A program made the translations under genes and the position numbers. Positions 1-12,035 of a stretch of 64,000 nt of DNA are shown one piece after another. The notes under the pieces are model-generated. The model made no database searches, had not been told where the DNA came from, and saw only the letters and a list, made by a program, of their open reading frames with translations. This DNA comes from Felis catus (Eukaryota), in the NCBI RefSeq assembly GCF_018350175.1, contig NC_058373.1, positions 105,464,001-105,528,000 of the forward strand, given 5' to 3'. Each line of letters starts with the position of its first letter. The stretch's first letter is position 1.

Positions 1-117
1 CCCCCCACTCCCCCTCCCCCCACTACAGAAGGGAATTTAATGCCAGCTTCAGCGTTAACTCCTGAAAGGCAGGTAGACAGTACTCTAAAAAACAAGAGCC
101 TAGGAGAGTGAACACGC

Positions 118-346
118 TTTTTTTAAAAAATTTTTTAAAACTTTTATTCAGTTTTGAGAGACAGAGAGAGACAGAGCATGAATAGGGGAAGAAGGGCAGA
201 GAGAAAGGGAGACGCAGAATCTGAAGCAGGCTCCAGGCTCCGAGCTGTCAGCTCAGAGCCTGACACAGGGCTCAAACTCAGGAACAGTGAGATCATGACC
301 TGAGCCGAAGTCGGACGCTAAACTGACTGAGCCAGCCAGGCACCCC
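118..346 (-). mobile_element. CAN-SINE (feline SINEC_Fc type)
   Basis: Poly-T tail, (GA)n linker and reverse-complement tRNA-derived head ending ...CCAGGCACCCC; degenerate TSD GTGAACACGC/ATGAACACAC. Confidence 0.95.
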
Positions 347-651
347 ATGAACACACATTCTTCATAAAGTAGTAATAATGTAAAAATTCTCATGTTTGCA
401 CATAGTTCTTTTATATACATTCTCAATTTTATCCTTTCAATAGTTACAAGTCTTTCATGATATTACACTTCTAAAATTTTCTAGATTATGGAAAACACTT
501 CAGTTTTAATTCCCCTAAAAGCAAGGTGGTTAGTAGGTGAGTAGGGTTTTAAAGGTTTCTGACATGTCTGCAGTTTACCTTCACTTTGAAGAAGACATTT
601 GTTTAAAAGTTCCCCATTTTGGTATCATCTTGGAGATGGAGGTGCTGCTGC

Positions 652-673
652 TTTCTTTTCTTAAAGTTTATTT

Positions 674-724
<51 letters not shown>

Positions 725-890
725 AAGCCGGGGCGGGGGGTGGGTAGAGAGAGAGGGAGAGAGAATCCTAAGCAGAGTCCACGCTGTCCGCACAGAGCCT
801 GATGTGGGGCTCGATCCCACAAAGCTGGAGATCGTGACCCGAGCTGAAATTAAGAGTTGGACGCTCAACTGACTGAGCCACCCAGAGCCC
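652..890 (-). mobile_element. CAN-SINE, older subfamily, with expanded (GA)n
   Basis: T-rich tail, long (GA)n at about 678-723, head ...ACTGAGCCACCCAGAGCCC. Confidence 0.92.
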
Positions 891-989
891 TGGAGATGTT
901 GCTTCTTAAGGGGACACTACATGCATTTGATTCTACACTGGTATAGTATTTGTCATCTTGCTTCATTAAGGGTACCTAAGATACTTAGG

Positions 990-1912
990 TGTGATGGAAA
1001 AACACTTCGATGTGTTTCTCCTTTACTCTCACACCACTACCACACTTAGGACACTTCTGATATCAGATGTGGGGTTTTTCCCCACACCAGGCAATTCTCT
1101 GTGATACCAGCTGGGTGTCCTACAATTCAGTTCTGACACTAACTAGGGTTAATGCAGACCCCACAGGTTAAGAACTCACTCAGTCACACAAGACTGCCCC
1201 CCACTTAAGATATCATGGACAAGTAGTAGTTCTCCAGATTACCACAACTTCTGTCCAACTTGGCTATAGATCAAAGGTTCCCATGACCCACTCTGTGGAT
1301 TCATTCATTTCCTATAACAGCTCACAAAATTCAGGAAAATATTTGCTTATGTTTCCCAGTTTATTGTATAATAAAGGATATCATAAAGGATACAGATGAA
1401 CAGCCAGATGAAAGATACGTGGGGGAAGTCTGGAGGGGTCCTGAGCACAGGAGCTTCTGTCCCCATGGAGTTGGGGTGCACCACCTTCAGGTCCATGGGT
1501 GTGTTCACCAGACTGGAAGCTCTCTGAATCCCGTACTTCTGGGATTTTTATGGAAACTTCATCACATAAGCATAATTGATCATTAACTTAATTTCCGGCC
1601 CTTCTCCCCTCTTTGGAGAAGAGGGGGTGAGGCTGAAAATTCTAACATTCTAATCATAGTTTGGTCTTTCTTGTTACCAACCCCCATCCAGGAGCCCACC
1701 AAGATTCACCTCATTAGAACAAAAGACATTCCTATCACCCAGGAAATTCCAAAGGATTTAGGAGCTCTGTGTCAGGAATCAGGGTCAAAGACCAAATATT
1801 AGAACAAAAGATGCTCCTAGTGCTCTTATCATGTAGGAAATTACAAGGGTTTTGGGAGGTCCATGTCAGGAACTGGGGGTGGAGACCAATATATATTTTC
1901 TGTTATTTCATA
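990..1912 (-). mobile_element. MER21-family solo LTR
   Basis: Reverse complement follows the recalled MER21 consensus along its length (e.g. CCAGCTGGGTGTCCTACAATTCA, GGATACAGATGAA, AGAACAAAAGATGCTCCT); begins TGTG on the plus strand. Confidence 0.85.
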
Positions 1913-2199
1913 TAGAAGAGATGATGTTACTCAAACTACTTAGACTTTGTAGCTTGGAAGCTCCAGGGTTCTATATGTCTGCTGTTTTGGGTCTAGTAAC
2001 CTCTGTGTCTGAGAAGCCAAGGAGAAGAATAGGGTTTTATAGAATTTTGATAAAGGCACAGCTTGCTCCCAACCCCTCCACCTCGGGCATAGATTATCAG
2101 TGCCTCCAGGCCCTTCAGGTCTGGTATCTTTGGTACTGTTTGTTGTTATTCCTATCATCCAGGGTCTGTGTGTAACAGGCACTCAGTGTTCTGTTTGTT

Positions 2200-2728
2200 C
2201 AATACATCCTTATTGTCTGAACATAGCATCCCCTTCCCCTACTAAATTTTTTTGAGAACTTCTCTTCCTCTTCCTCTCATCATGTGCCTCCAGTGTAGCT
2301 GCCATGATGTTTTGTGTATTTGAAGTATGGCCCAATGGCCATAGCTAATTAGTCCAGAGTTGGCATTGACTGAGTCTGGGCCAATCAGAGTCCTTCCCTG
2401 GGAACTTTTCAAATTAGATGAAGAGTAGTGTCAGTTCCTCTATGGAGGTCCCAGAGGTGGGTTGTAAAGTTCAGGAGAGCTCTTGGGGTCTTTGTTTCCT
2501 AGCAGAAATGGTGCTGCTATGTAGACAGAAGCAGAAATGAGAAGGGACCAAGATTTGTGTTTCTGGTTCCGACCGAGTGCTCCTAAGCAAAGCTGGATCC
2601 TTGCCTCTCTCTCACTTTGGTACTTCAACTCTTCCTTGAACTTTGTGAACTAACACATTCCTGCCTTCAATTCTGCTAGTTCACATTGGATTTCTGTCAC
2701 TTGCAACCACAAGAGTCCTAACAACCCC
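2200..2728 (+). mobile_element. MLT1 (MaLR) LTR, old J/K/L-like
   Basis: GGGCCAATCAGAG motif and typical 3' end TTTCTGTCACTTGCAACCACAAGAGTCCTAA. Confidence 0.75.
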
Positions 2729-4939
2729 AAGCCCCTCCCTCCAGCAACTATCTAATTTGATTAAAGAATCAGTTACTCATGGTTTAGAGGAAGCATAGGT
2801 GAGTTCCCTTCCCACTAGACTCTGGAGAAACTTCCCTGTTTTGTTATCTTATCAATTATTGATAGTAAGGTGGGACTTGGGGGCTTGGCAGAGGGTGAAG
2901 AGTCCTGGCAATATGCCTCAAATCACACAGAGGTAGCTTAATAGGGCTCTGCCATTGCATTAACTCCTGCTGCTCTTGGAATAACAGGGCTGTTGACTTG
3001 GCATACTTTGCTGACCAAAGTATTAAGGAAACATGAACCTGAAAGAGTCTGATTGTAGTTTTTCTAAACTGTGGGCAGTTTTTCTAAACTGTATTGTTTA
3101 TACCAATACAATATCTTCATAATATCTGGATCGGACTTTAAGGAATTCTAGCTGTTGAATCTGATGGCTTTCTCAAACTTGCTTATCTTTTCTCTATCTA
3201 AATGTTGTAACTTTTCAGGTTGACCTAACTTTCTGGAGCAAAAATATCAATACCTCAAATGAAAGAAAGCCTTGGAAGTAGTGAATTGGGTAGAGAAGAG
3301 AGAAAATGTAGACCTTGAAAAAGACAGATAGAGAAGGAATACAACAAAGGAGGTGGGAAAATGAGTTAAGGAGTCATAGGGCAAACATCATGAAACAGGA
3401 AATAGGGTAGAAAGATCAGTGAAACCAAAAAGAAACTAAATAGGGAGCTTGAATCCTCTTCATCTATTTTGGAAGAAATGGAGAGTTTCTCATGCTTCCA
3501 GAAGAGAAAAAAATCAAAAGTAACAGCAAAGTTCCAACCCACGGTTTCCTGTCCAGCTGGAGTGAGTTTTAGCTAAGAAATGAATGCCAGCAGTAATACT
3601 TAGTAGTATTTCCCACTCACTTGCCATCCAGGTTGGTCTTGACTTGGCTTTGGGCAGGATATTCTGAGCCAAAATAAGTTCTGCCCAATTTGGGATGGGT
3701 CCAATTGCACCTGGTTTCTTTGGTTCAAAAAGATGCTGTCCGGAACAGTCAGATATCCTGAATGCCATTCCCTAGCCTCTCTTGATGGCAATGACTTGAA
3801 CCCAGGAACTCATGTAGTACCCTGTAAGCTTCCTCCTTGACTTAAAAATTGGGGCATGCATCTGCTCATCTCTCTGGAAATACAGCTCCTAGTTTAGGTC
3901 CTGGAGTGAGTGAAATAAGCAGTATCTCTGGAAGATGATGTATCTGTCTTGTAGCGTCATTTTCCTCCTTTATTTTCCTAGTGTTGGTTACATGAGCTAT
4001 TTTCTTATATTTTCATTAACTAATGCCTTCACTGGCTTATAAAGCACAAAGAATCAGCTGATTCATCTAGAAAACAGCTTCATGCTCCATACACACTGTG
4101 GATTCAGCATAAGTGCAATTTAATCCTATCACCGCTCAGACAAAGTCAGTCTTTCAGTTCTTTCTTAAAGGCTGAGCAAGAACAATATGAGTGTGTTTCC
4201 GAATAGCCTGGAACAAGAATGTTACAAGTCATGGAATATACAAAACCTTTGCCAGCCAATATGTTTGATAGATGATAAATGTGTTTGTAAAATAAATCCA
4301 CACTTGGGCAGGCACCCATTATCAACAGCTGCAAAGCTTAAAGAGGATATCCTGCAGGGATATCTTTCACAAACACAAACATATGTAAATAAATATCAGG
4401 GTTGTTTCAGACGGACTTTGTCATTACTAAAAATTCACTTTTCAGAGATAAAATGTCACCATGAGAATTTCACTGCTTCAAGAATGATCTTAGCTCTGTT
4501 ATTTATGGACTAGGAAGGATGATAAGGACTTTTCCTCAATATGCTACTTTATGGAGCTGGAAATCCAGTGGAGTCAAGATGGTCGAGAGGAGTTGTTTGT
4601 TTTGTGTTGTGATAGAATAGCATGAGGATCCCAACTGCTAAAACAGCTGCATCATAAATAACCCACACAGAACAGATGCACTGTGGGTGGGTATGTGGGT
4701 GGGTTGGAGGTGCTGCGGGACAAATTTGTGAATGAAATGGTTAGTCACATAAAACCCTCTCTAAATATTGAAAGTAGCTAAAATCACGGACATATATTTT
4801 TATTGAAGACCTGAATGGGAATGTTAGAGCCATAGCTTAATGATGATGTCGTGGCTGGTCCTCATGGATTCGGTATTTTAGTGAAACTGCATTCCATTTT
4901 ATGCACTCCTCCAGCCAGAAACTTAAGCAGAAAACTTCT

Positions 4940-5960
4940 TTCTTCTGCATCTCCAACATCCAATCAGTCAGCAAACCCATCAGACTTAGATATGTATTAA
5001 GTCCCTCCCCACTTTTTCTTTTTCAGTTTTATTGAGATATAATTGACATGTAATACTGTATTAGTTTAAGATGTACAATGTAATAGTTTGATATATGTGT
5101 CTGTTGTGAAATGATCATCGCAGTAAGTTAACTTTCATCACTCACACAAATGTACTCTTTTTCTCTTATGATGAGAAATTTTAAAATCTACTCTCTGAGC
5201 AACTTTCAAGTATACATTGCATGATTGTTAACTATAGTCACCATGCTGTGCATTAGATCTCCAAAATGTATTTATCTTATATCTGCAAGTCTGTACCTTT
5301 TGACTACCTTCACCCATTCCCTTCACTCTCCACCCCCCACCTCTAGAAACCACTAATCTGTTCTATTTCTAGGAGTTCAGTTTTTTTCTATATTCTACAT
5401 ATGAGTGAGATTACGCAGTATTTATCTTTGTCTGACTTATTATCCTTAATAATAATGCCCTCAGAGTCCATCTTTGTTGTTAAAAATGGCAAAAATTTCT
5501 TTCTTTCTTTTTTTTTTTTGTTAGCTTCACCTCTTAATCTCCATGAAAATGACTTTGGTTCGGATTATATGAGATATTTTTGACTGTGATTCCATTACAT
5601 TCTCATAACCCTTGTCCCGTCCAGCCAACACACCAAACATCCTGCTCAAGAGCTCACATGCTGGGTTAATGTATCTATTTCAGTGCTCTCATTTATTCAT
5701 GAAGGATAAAAATCTAAATTATCCTGGGTATGGCATAAAAATCCCAACACGATTAGCCTACTTTATAGGCTCAAATATCACCAACTTCCACAGGTACATT
5801 TATACAGAACTTACTTGAATTTCCCAGAAAAGATCATGACACTTTGCCTGCCCACTGCATTTGTGCACGGTGTTCTCCTAGCTTTGGATGGCCTACTACT
5901 ACTCTCATCCCAGCATTCTTTGGCCTGTCAAACTCCTACTGATACTCACAACTTAGAGTT
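4940..5960 (+). mobile_element. L2 LINE remnant, interrupted by the L1 at 5013-5495
   Basis: CATCCAATCAGTCAGCAAACC before the L1; L2-like GGATAAAAATCTAAATT and GCATTTGTGCACGGTGTTCTCC after it. Confidence 0.5.
5013..5495 (-). mobile_element. LINE-1 3' UTR fragment (L1MA9/L1_Carn-like)
   Basis: TTTATTGAGATATAATTGAC..., AAATCTACTCTCTGAGCAACTTTCAAG and TTAACTATAGTCACCATGCTGT are hallmark antisense L1MA 3' end sequences. Confidence 0.85.
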
Positions 5961-6049
5961 TCTTCCAGTTTCCTCTACGAAGCATTTCTTGCTCATCCCT
6001 GAAGAGTTGGGGAAGCATAATGAATGCATATTAACTTTGTCATTCATCA

Positions 6050-6565
6050 CCTGCACACCCGTCTTGGGGACACAAATTTACTTTAATGGTACCCCTTTCT
6101 AATTTCAGTCTATGTGCTTTGTGTGAGGCTGACTTTATCCCTGGGCCTGAGCTGGTAGAACACGTGACTTCGGCAGAGCCAATCTGTGTAGTCCATTCCC
6201 TTGGCCACAGCCATTGTTTAGGTTTGAGCACATGATCAAAAGTGGGTCAATCAAAGTCAAATGAAATTCACTTGTGACACTGATGCTTGAGCTACTGGGG
6301 GGAAGGGGATTTTCTTTTCATTGAATTAGGGTTGTGATGCTATGAGCAAGTAGTTTAGGAACCATCCTGTGGAGTCAAATTTTAGAGCCTATCCAAAGTA
6401 AGAAGAACAGGAAATAGGGGCCCAGAAACATTGTGACTGAACCAAGCTTCTCCAGTAGGCAAGATCCAACATGGACCCTTTTGTGAGCCCATAAAATATC
6501 CCTTTTCTCTTCTTTTCCTTAAGCCAGTTGGGGATGGTTTTTCTGTCATATATAACTCAACCCCA
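6050..6565 (+). mobile_element. MLT1 (MaLR) LTR, old subfamily
   Basis: AGCCAATC...CATTCCCTTGGCCACAG motif and 3' end TTAAGCCAGTTGGGATGGTTTTTCTGTCA. Confidence 0.7.
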
Positions 6566-8289
6566 TTTAATATCTCAGTTATTTCTCTCTGCTCCGTAAC
6601 ACCTTTTATATCCTTATATTTTGCCCTTGCCCCACTTGAAGAAGAACAGATAAAAACTGGAGAAGGCAAAAATAGAAGCAAGTAGGGCAAGGAGAGAGAT
6701 AGTTTCCATACTAAATGAGAGAAGATGGAATTATGTCTGAGTCTTTGTTTCTATTCAAATACAAAGTAAAGGATGGAGTGAGCTGGGAAGGGAAGGAACA
6801 TGGAGGTTTCTACCCCAACCACTCACAATAGGGAGGACTAAGGAAGAAAGAATATGGAGGTGGGAGTCTGATAAACCTAGACTTGACCTGCCTCAGTCAT
6901 AGTTCCCATGGAAATTATTCATGAGCATAGGCATTTTCACAACTTTCACAAGGAGAGTCTTTGACTTTTTTAGAATTTAGGTAAATCAAGGCAATATAGT
7001 TTCCTAAGTGGCAACATGGAGACTACATGTTAATTTAATAGGTCAGATTAAGAATGACAGCCTAATGAGCATGATGATGCTCAACAGGGCCCTGTTGGCC
7101 CTCTTCCAACAGTGGATTTTCTCCAGATGCCCCTAGGAGCTCTGTTTAGTAGTCTTACTATGTCTTGGATTAAGATGGATTCTTTTATTGGGGAATTATG
7201 AGTTTGGATATATCCTCAACAGATTATTTGGTGGATGCTAGAATAGCACATGCAGAGGAAGTAAGTTATTTCAAAATTCCCTTGGATTAAAGAAGAGACC
7301 AACCACTGTTAGATGTCACTGCTAAACTAGTGTTCCTTATTCTGGAAGGAAGAGGTACTATAGTTAATAGCAGAGTCCCTAGTTAGCTGGTTAACCCTGC
7401 CTGCACATGGACTCTAGAAACACTTTTAATTATTTCAAATCCAAGTGCTATATTATATTTCCTTCCGAGTCGTTAGGGTGGTGGAAGTTGGAAAATTCAA
7501 CTTGTCCTTGAACTTTGCCTCTGGGACTTTAGTCTTAAATGCTTGGGACACATTATGTAGTCAACCACATGGATAAGTAAGACTCTGTTTTGTCCCCTTT
7601 CCCTTGTAGTCTCTCTGCCTCTTTCCTTGCCTTGCTTGGCTCCTTTATTTTTCCGTTCTTCTGACCTCCTTCCTGTCTAACTTTGTGTCTAGTTTCAGGG
7701 GAGAGTTGTCTGTTATTTTTTGCTTTCCTGGGAGAGGGAGCAGGAGTGAGGTGGGGGCTTTGGGTTCTAAATGCAGAAGAGGATAAGAAGATTACCTTAG
7801 GATGGAGAATTTAAATAATTGAGTTGCAAATATTAGTTTTCTGCTAGCACTTCCTGTTGTTATATTAAACGAGTTTCTTTCTCCTACTTAGCCTTGGATT
7901 ACCTTACAGCAACACTTTATTCTTGGTAGGTACCAGGGTCCAAAATCAGGCATGGGTAAAGATTTGTTACATGAGAAAAGTAACTGTTCAGAGAGGAGGA
8001 TTACCATACCCTTGAGATCTAGGTCAGGAGAAACTGAGATATTCTTTTAGACTTTTACTTGCTCTGTTTCATGGCTTTTGGATTAAAATGCCTGAACTGA
8101 GAAATCAGGTTTTGGCTGGCTTATATTTTCTTGGCTTCCACTAGGAAAGAGAGTCATGGTCTTGACAGGGATAGCAATATTTTCTTGATTTTCTACCATT
8201 TCAAAACAGATGGAGCCCTTGCTCTACTAGATTTTTCGTTTTGCTAAGCAGTTGGTATGTGGAAGTTAAATGGGACTCTACTTACATTC

Positions 8290-8685
8290 ATTATATTTGT
8301 CCCACTGTGTTTTAATGATTTGTTTACTTATTTATCTCTTCCCATTAGACTGTAGGCCCCTGGAAGTCTGCCTTTTCATCTTTTTTTTTTTTAATTTTTT
8401 TTTTCAACGTTTATTTGTTTTTGGGACAGAGAGAGAGACAGAGCATGAACGGGGGAGGGGCAGAGAGAGAGGGAGACACAGAATCAGAAACAGACTCCAG
8501 GCTCTGAGCCATCAGCCCAGAGCCTGACGCGGGGCTCGAACTCACGGACCGCGAGATGGTGACCTGGCTGAAGTCGGACGCTTAACCGACTGCGCCACCC
8601 AGGCGCCCCTGCCTTTTCATCTTTAAGACTCCATTGCCCAGCACAATGGCTGGTGCATGATTGGTGCTTGTATCTATTGAATGCA
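8290..8685 (+). mobile_element. L2 3' end, split by a SINE
   Basis: CCCATTAGACTGTAGGCCCCTGG before and GCCCAGCACAATGGCTGG...ATTGAATG after the SINE. Confidence 0.6.
8384..8609 (-). mobile_element. Young CAN-SINE (SINEC_Fc)
   Basis: CpG-rich, near consensus; 15-bp TSD TGCCTTTTCATCTTT at 8369-8383 and 8610-8624. Confidence 0.97.
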
Positions 8686-9144
8686 AGAGTAATATAACCA
8701 CATGGTAGAGAACATCAGGAATGTTTATTTGAAAATTTCAGAATGGATTTGAACAAATCTTCTTACTTTTCTCATGTGTGGAACATCTATTAACAAAACT
8801 TTGTTTTTAAGGAAGCAATTAAAAGTAAAGAGGTTGAATAAGCTGAAAAAATAGGTCACTGTTGACAGTGTTTCTCAAGATGTGACCTGCAGACCACCAG
8901 ATTCTCCTGAAAACATGTTTGTGGTCCACATAGTGGTTTTTTCCTCTCTCATTCTATCTGTGTCCCCTACCCCCCAAAATCCTTTTACAATTTATTAAGT
9001 TTGATTTATTTTTGCTTCAAATCAAGGAAATCATGTAGATTTTTTAGTTATTATTTTTTGAGGAAGAAATTGAGGCCATGGAAATGTGGTTAATGTCTTA
9101 ATGCCCAATGAATCCTTAGACTCAGACCTTCAGGCCTTACTCTG

Positions 9145-9324
9145 TTTTTTGTATTTTTTTTAATTTTAAGTTTTCATTTAAATTCCAGTTAATCAACCTA
9201 TAGTATAATATTAGTTTCAGGGGTAGAATTTAGTGATTTATCACTTACATATAACACCTAGTGCTCATCAGCACAAGGGCCCTCCTAAATACCCATCACC
9301 CATTTAACCCATCCCCCCACCCAC
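9145..9324 (-). mobile_element. Short 5'-truncated carnivore L1 3' end
   Basis: ATTAGTTTCAGGGGTAGAATTTAGTGAT...ACCCATCACCCATTTAACCCATCCCC; TSD core CAGGCCTTA at 9131 and 9325. Confidence 0.85.
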
Positions 9325-9673
9325 CAGGCCTTATTGTTTTTACTACCTTCCCACCCTGATTTTAAACATACTGTTTGAGATTGGGCTGAGTGCCCTCACC
9401 TGGTCCACTTTATAGCAGATGGAAGAAAGGGCAGTGAGAATGATGTGGAGATACATAACTTTGTTTTCTGAAAAATAATGTAATTCAAGGATTTTTTAAA
9501 TCTTTGAATTTTATTAATATGATCACTACAAACACCCATCTGGATAAATGAATATATTGCAAATACAAAATGGCTTATCCTCAGATATGTCAGCTGTTTG
9601 TAAATTTTACCCAGAAAATTAAAAAAAGGAGAATATGTATATTTTATGTATTTTTCTTTAAAAACACATTATT

Positions 9674-9897
9674 GGGGCGCCTGTGTGGCTTGGTCGGTTA
9701 GGCGTCCGACTTCGGCTCAGGTCATGATCTCACGGGCGGTGAGTTCGAGCCCCGCGTCAGGCTCTGTGGTGACAGCTCAGAGCCTGGAGCCTGTTTGCGA
9801 TTCTGTGTCTCCCTCTCTCTCTGCCCCTCCCCTGTTCATGCTCTGTCTCTCTCTGTCTCAAAAATAAATAAACGTTTAAAAAAAATTAAAAAAAAAA
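9674..9897 (+). mobile_element. Young CAN-SINE
   Basis: GGGGCGCC head, B box GAGTTCGAGCC, (CT)n, AATAAA and A tail; 15-bp TSD TAAAAACACATTATT at 9659-9673 and 9898-9912. Confidence 0.97.
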
Positions 9898-10159
9898 TAA
9901 AAACACATTATTTGTTTCCTTTTTAGTCTCTTCTTAGTGGGCAGTAGAATTATTTTGCTTGGCAAATTATGGAATAATTGCTTAGCAAGTTCACAAAAGA
10001 ACTCAAAGTAGAAAATGATTAATTCCTAGGCATATAAACTTTGCTCTAAGTCACAGTGCAGTTGAGTCTGATATTTTGTAAGCATTATCAACGACCAAAA
10101 TGTGTCCCATTGGTTTCATAGTTGCTAAAAATGTATTAATATTGGGAGGTTTCTTTATA

Positions 10160-10370
10160 CCCTTTTCTCGTCTCTTCCCCTCCCTTTCTTCCTCTCTTCT
10201 CCCTTCTTCTCCCTTCCCTTCTTCCCTCCTGTCCTCTTCCCTTCCCTCCCCTCCTCCCTCCCTTCCTCCCTCCCCTCCTTCCTCCCCTCTCCTTCCCCCT
10301 CTTCTATATCCTCCCTTCTCCTTCCCTCCCCTCCTTCCCTCTCCTTTCTCCTCTCCTCTTACTTTCTTCT
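10160..10370. repeat. Polypyrimidine low-complexity tract (CCT/CCCT/CCTT)
   Basis: About 210 bp of almost only C and T on the plus strand. Confidence 0.95.
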
Positions 10371-11558
10371 GAAGAACACTTCATATACTAAGGATACTTA
10401 TCAGGATACTTGATTGAAACAACATCTTGTCCTCACTCTCATTTGGAGACCAATTCGTGGCTCAGGTAGTTAGACTGCCTGATGCCTTTCACATTGTACT
10501 AAAACACTCATGTTTTGAGTAAGCTGAGTTTATCCCAGTCCTACATGAGAAGTATTTGGATTTCTATATTTTATATTTTCAGTGACTATCAGGGGTCAAG
10601 CATAACAGATGGGTGAAGAGTGTTTTTTGCCTGGAGACAGGATAGTGGTAGAAGGGATAAGAAATACTTCACTGGGAATAATGTTAAGGTGAAATCGGAG
10701 CTTTACATTTTCAATCAATCAACATTTAAAAAAACATTTCAATAACTTAAGAAAGTAGTGCTTAACCTCAAGGAGGTCACAGTATTACTCTCTTCTCTTG
10801 GCTTTATGTTTTCCTGGACGAGAGTGTCAAGAAAATGCATATGCCATTAACCTTCGTCTATGGGCATCTGGAGGAAAACAAAGAAATCATAAAAGTTTTC
10901 CTAGTTTTGCATGAAAAGTGCTATAATATTACAAAGTGCTGCTCTGTTTTAGTGGGAACCATGTAGTAATAGAGTCTTCACGAAGAGGTTTCTTAAAATT
11001 TTTGTAATGCATGTATGTGGATTTGAAGATGCAGATGGGATGTAAGTTATTAAACATGACAACCATGGCAATAAACATGCCACTGTTCTTCTGATAATAT
11101 GCAGAACTTTGTGTGTGTGCATGTCTGTGTGGGCTTTCATTTCAAAAGATAAATATATGTTTAGAGCTTTGGTAAATGAAGTGTTTTTTTTTAAGTGTTT
11201 GCAAGTTAAGGCAAAACCTGCCCCAAACCCCCCAAACCCCAATGGCATGAAATCACTCATGTGCCCAGTGATCGAGTGGATTCAGACTCATACTGAGAGT
11301 AAAGCCTTCTTGAGATGCTCCTATGAAAAAGATTTTCCATATGACATATCTAGTTTTGTACATCTATATTTTTCATTTTATTCCTAATACATTTTCTCTT
11401 TTATATTTTTGTTTTTAGCTCCTATTTCTTGGAATAACCTTTAAAAAAAGGGTTGACTATGCATATATATAGTAAATTATAAAACTTTATATTAACTTAT
11501 TATAAAATAAATATATTAAATTGATATGTTTATATTAAAATATAAAATATAAATAGTA

Positions 11559-11774
11559 GGGGCGCCTGGGTGGCGCAGTCGGTTAAGCGTCCGACTTCAG
11601 CCAGGTCACGATCTCGCGGTCCGGGAGTTCGAGCCCCACGTCGGGCTCTGGGCTGATGGCTCAGAGCCTGGAGCCTGTTTCTGATTCTGTGTCTCCCTCT
11701 CTCTCTGCCCCTCCCCCGTTCATGCTCTGTCTCTCTCTGTCCCAAAAATAAATAAACGTTGAAAAAAAATTTAA
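11559..11774 (+). mobile_element. Young CAN-SINE (SINEC_Fc)
   Basis: Near consensus; 15-bp TSD AAAATATAAATAGTA at 11544-11558 and 11775-11789. Confidence 0.97.
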
Positions 11775-11847
11775 AAAATATAAATAGTAAACATATTCAA
11801 AATCATATATATATGATTTAAATATTTTGAACCTTCACTTTTCCTCT

Positions 11848-12035
11848 TTTTTTCTAGTTATTTATTTATTTATCTGATTGGTAGGGGCAGAGAGAAAGGG
11901 AGGGAGAAAATCTCAAGCAGGCTCCACACTGTCAGCACAGAGCACGATGCAGGGCTTGAACTCAACCAAGCGTGAGAACGTGACCTGAACCAAAATCAAG
12001 TCCGATGCTCAACTGACTGAGCCACCCAGGCATCC
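11848..12035 (-). mobile_element. CAN-SINE, older subfamily
   Basis: Head ...GAGCCACCCAGGCATCC; TSD CTTCACTTTTC at 11833 and 12036. Confidence 0.92.

Noticed and set aside
537..872. ORFs with RERERE / SLSLSL / GAWVAQSV / ETEHERGRGRERG peptides (also at 8270, 9646, 11530, 17229, 18598, 20148, 32778, 40749, 50699, 61611 and others)
   Set aside because: These are translations of CAN-SINE bodies and their (GA)n linkers, not genes.
10100..10372. Pro/Ser/Leu-rich ORF
   Set aside because: Low-complexity CT tract.
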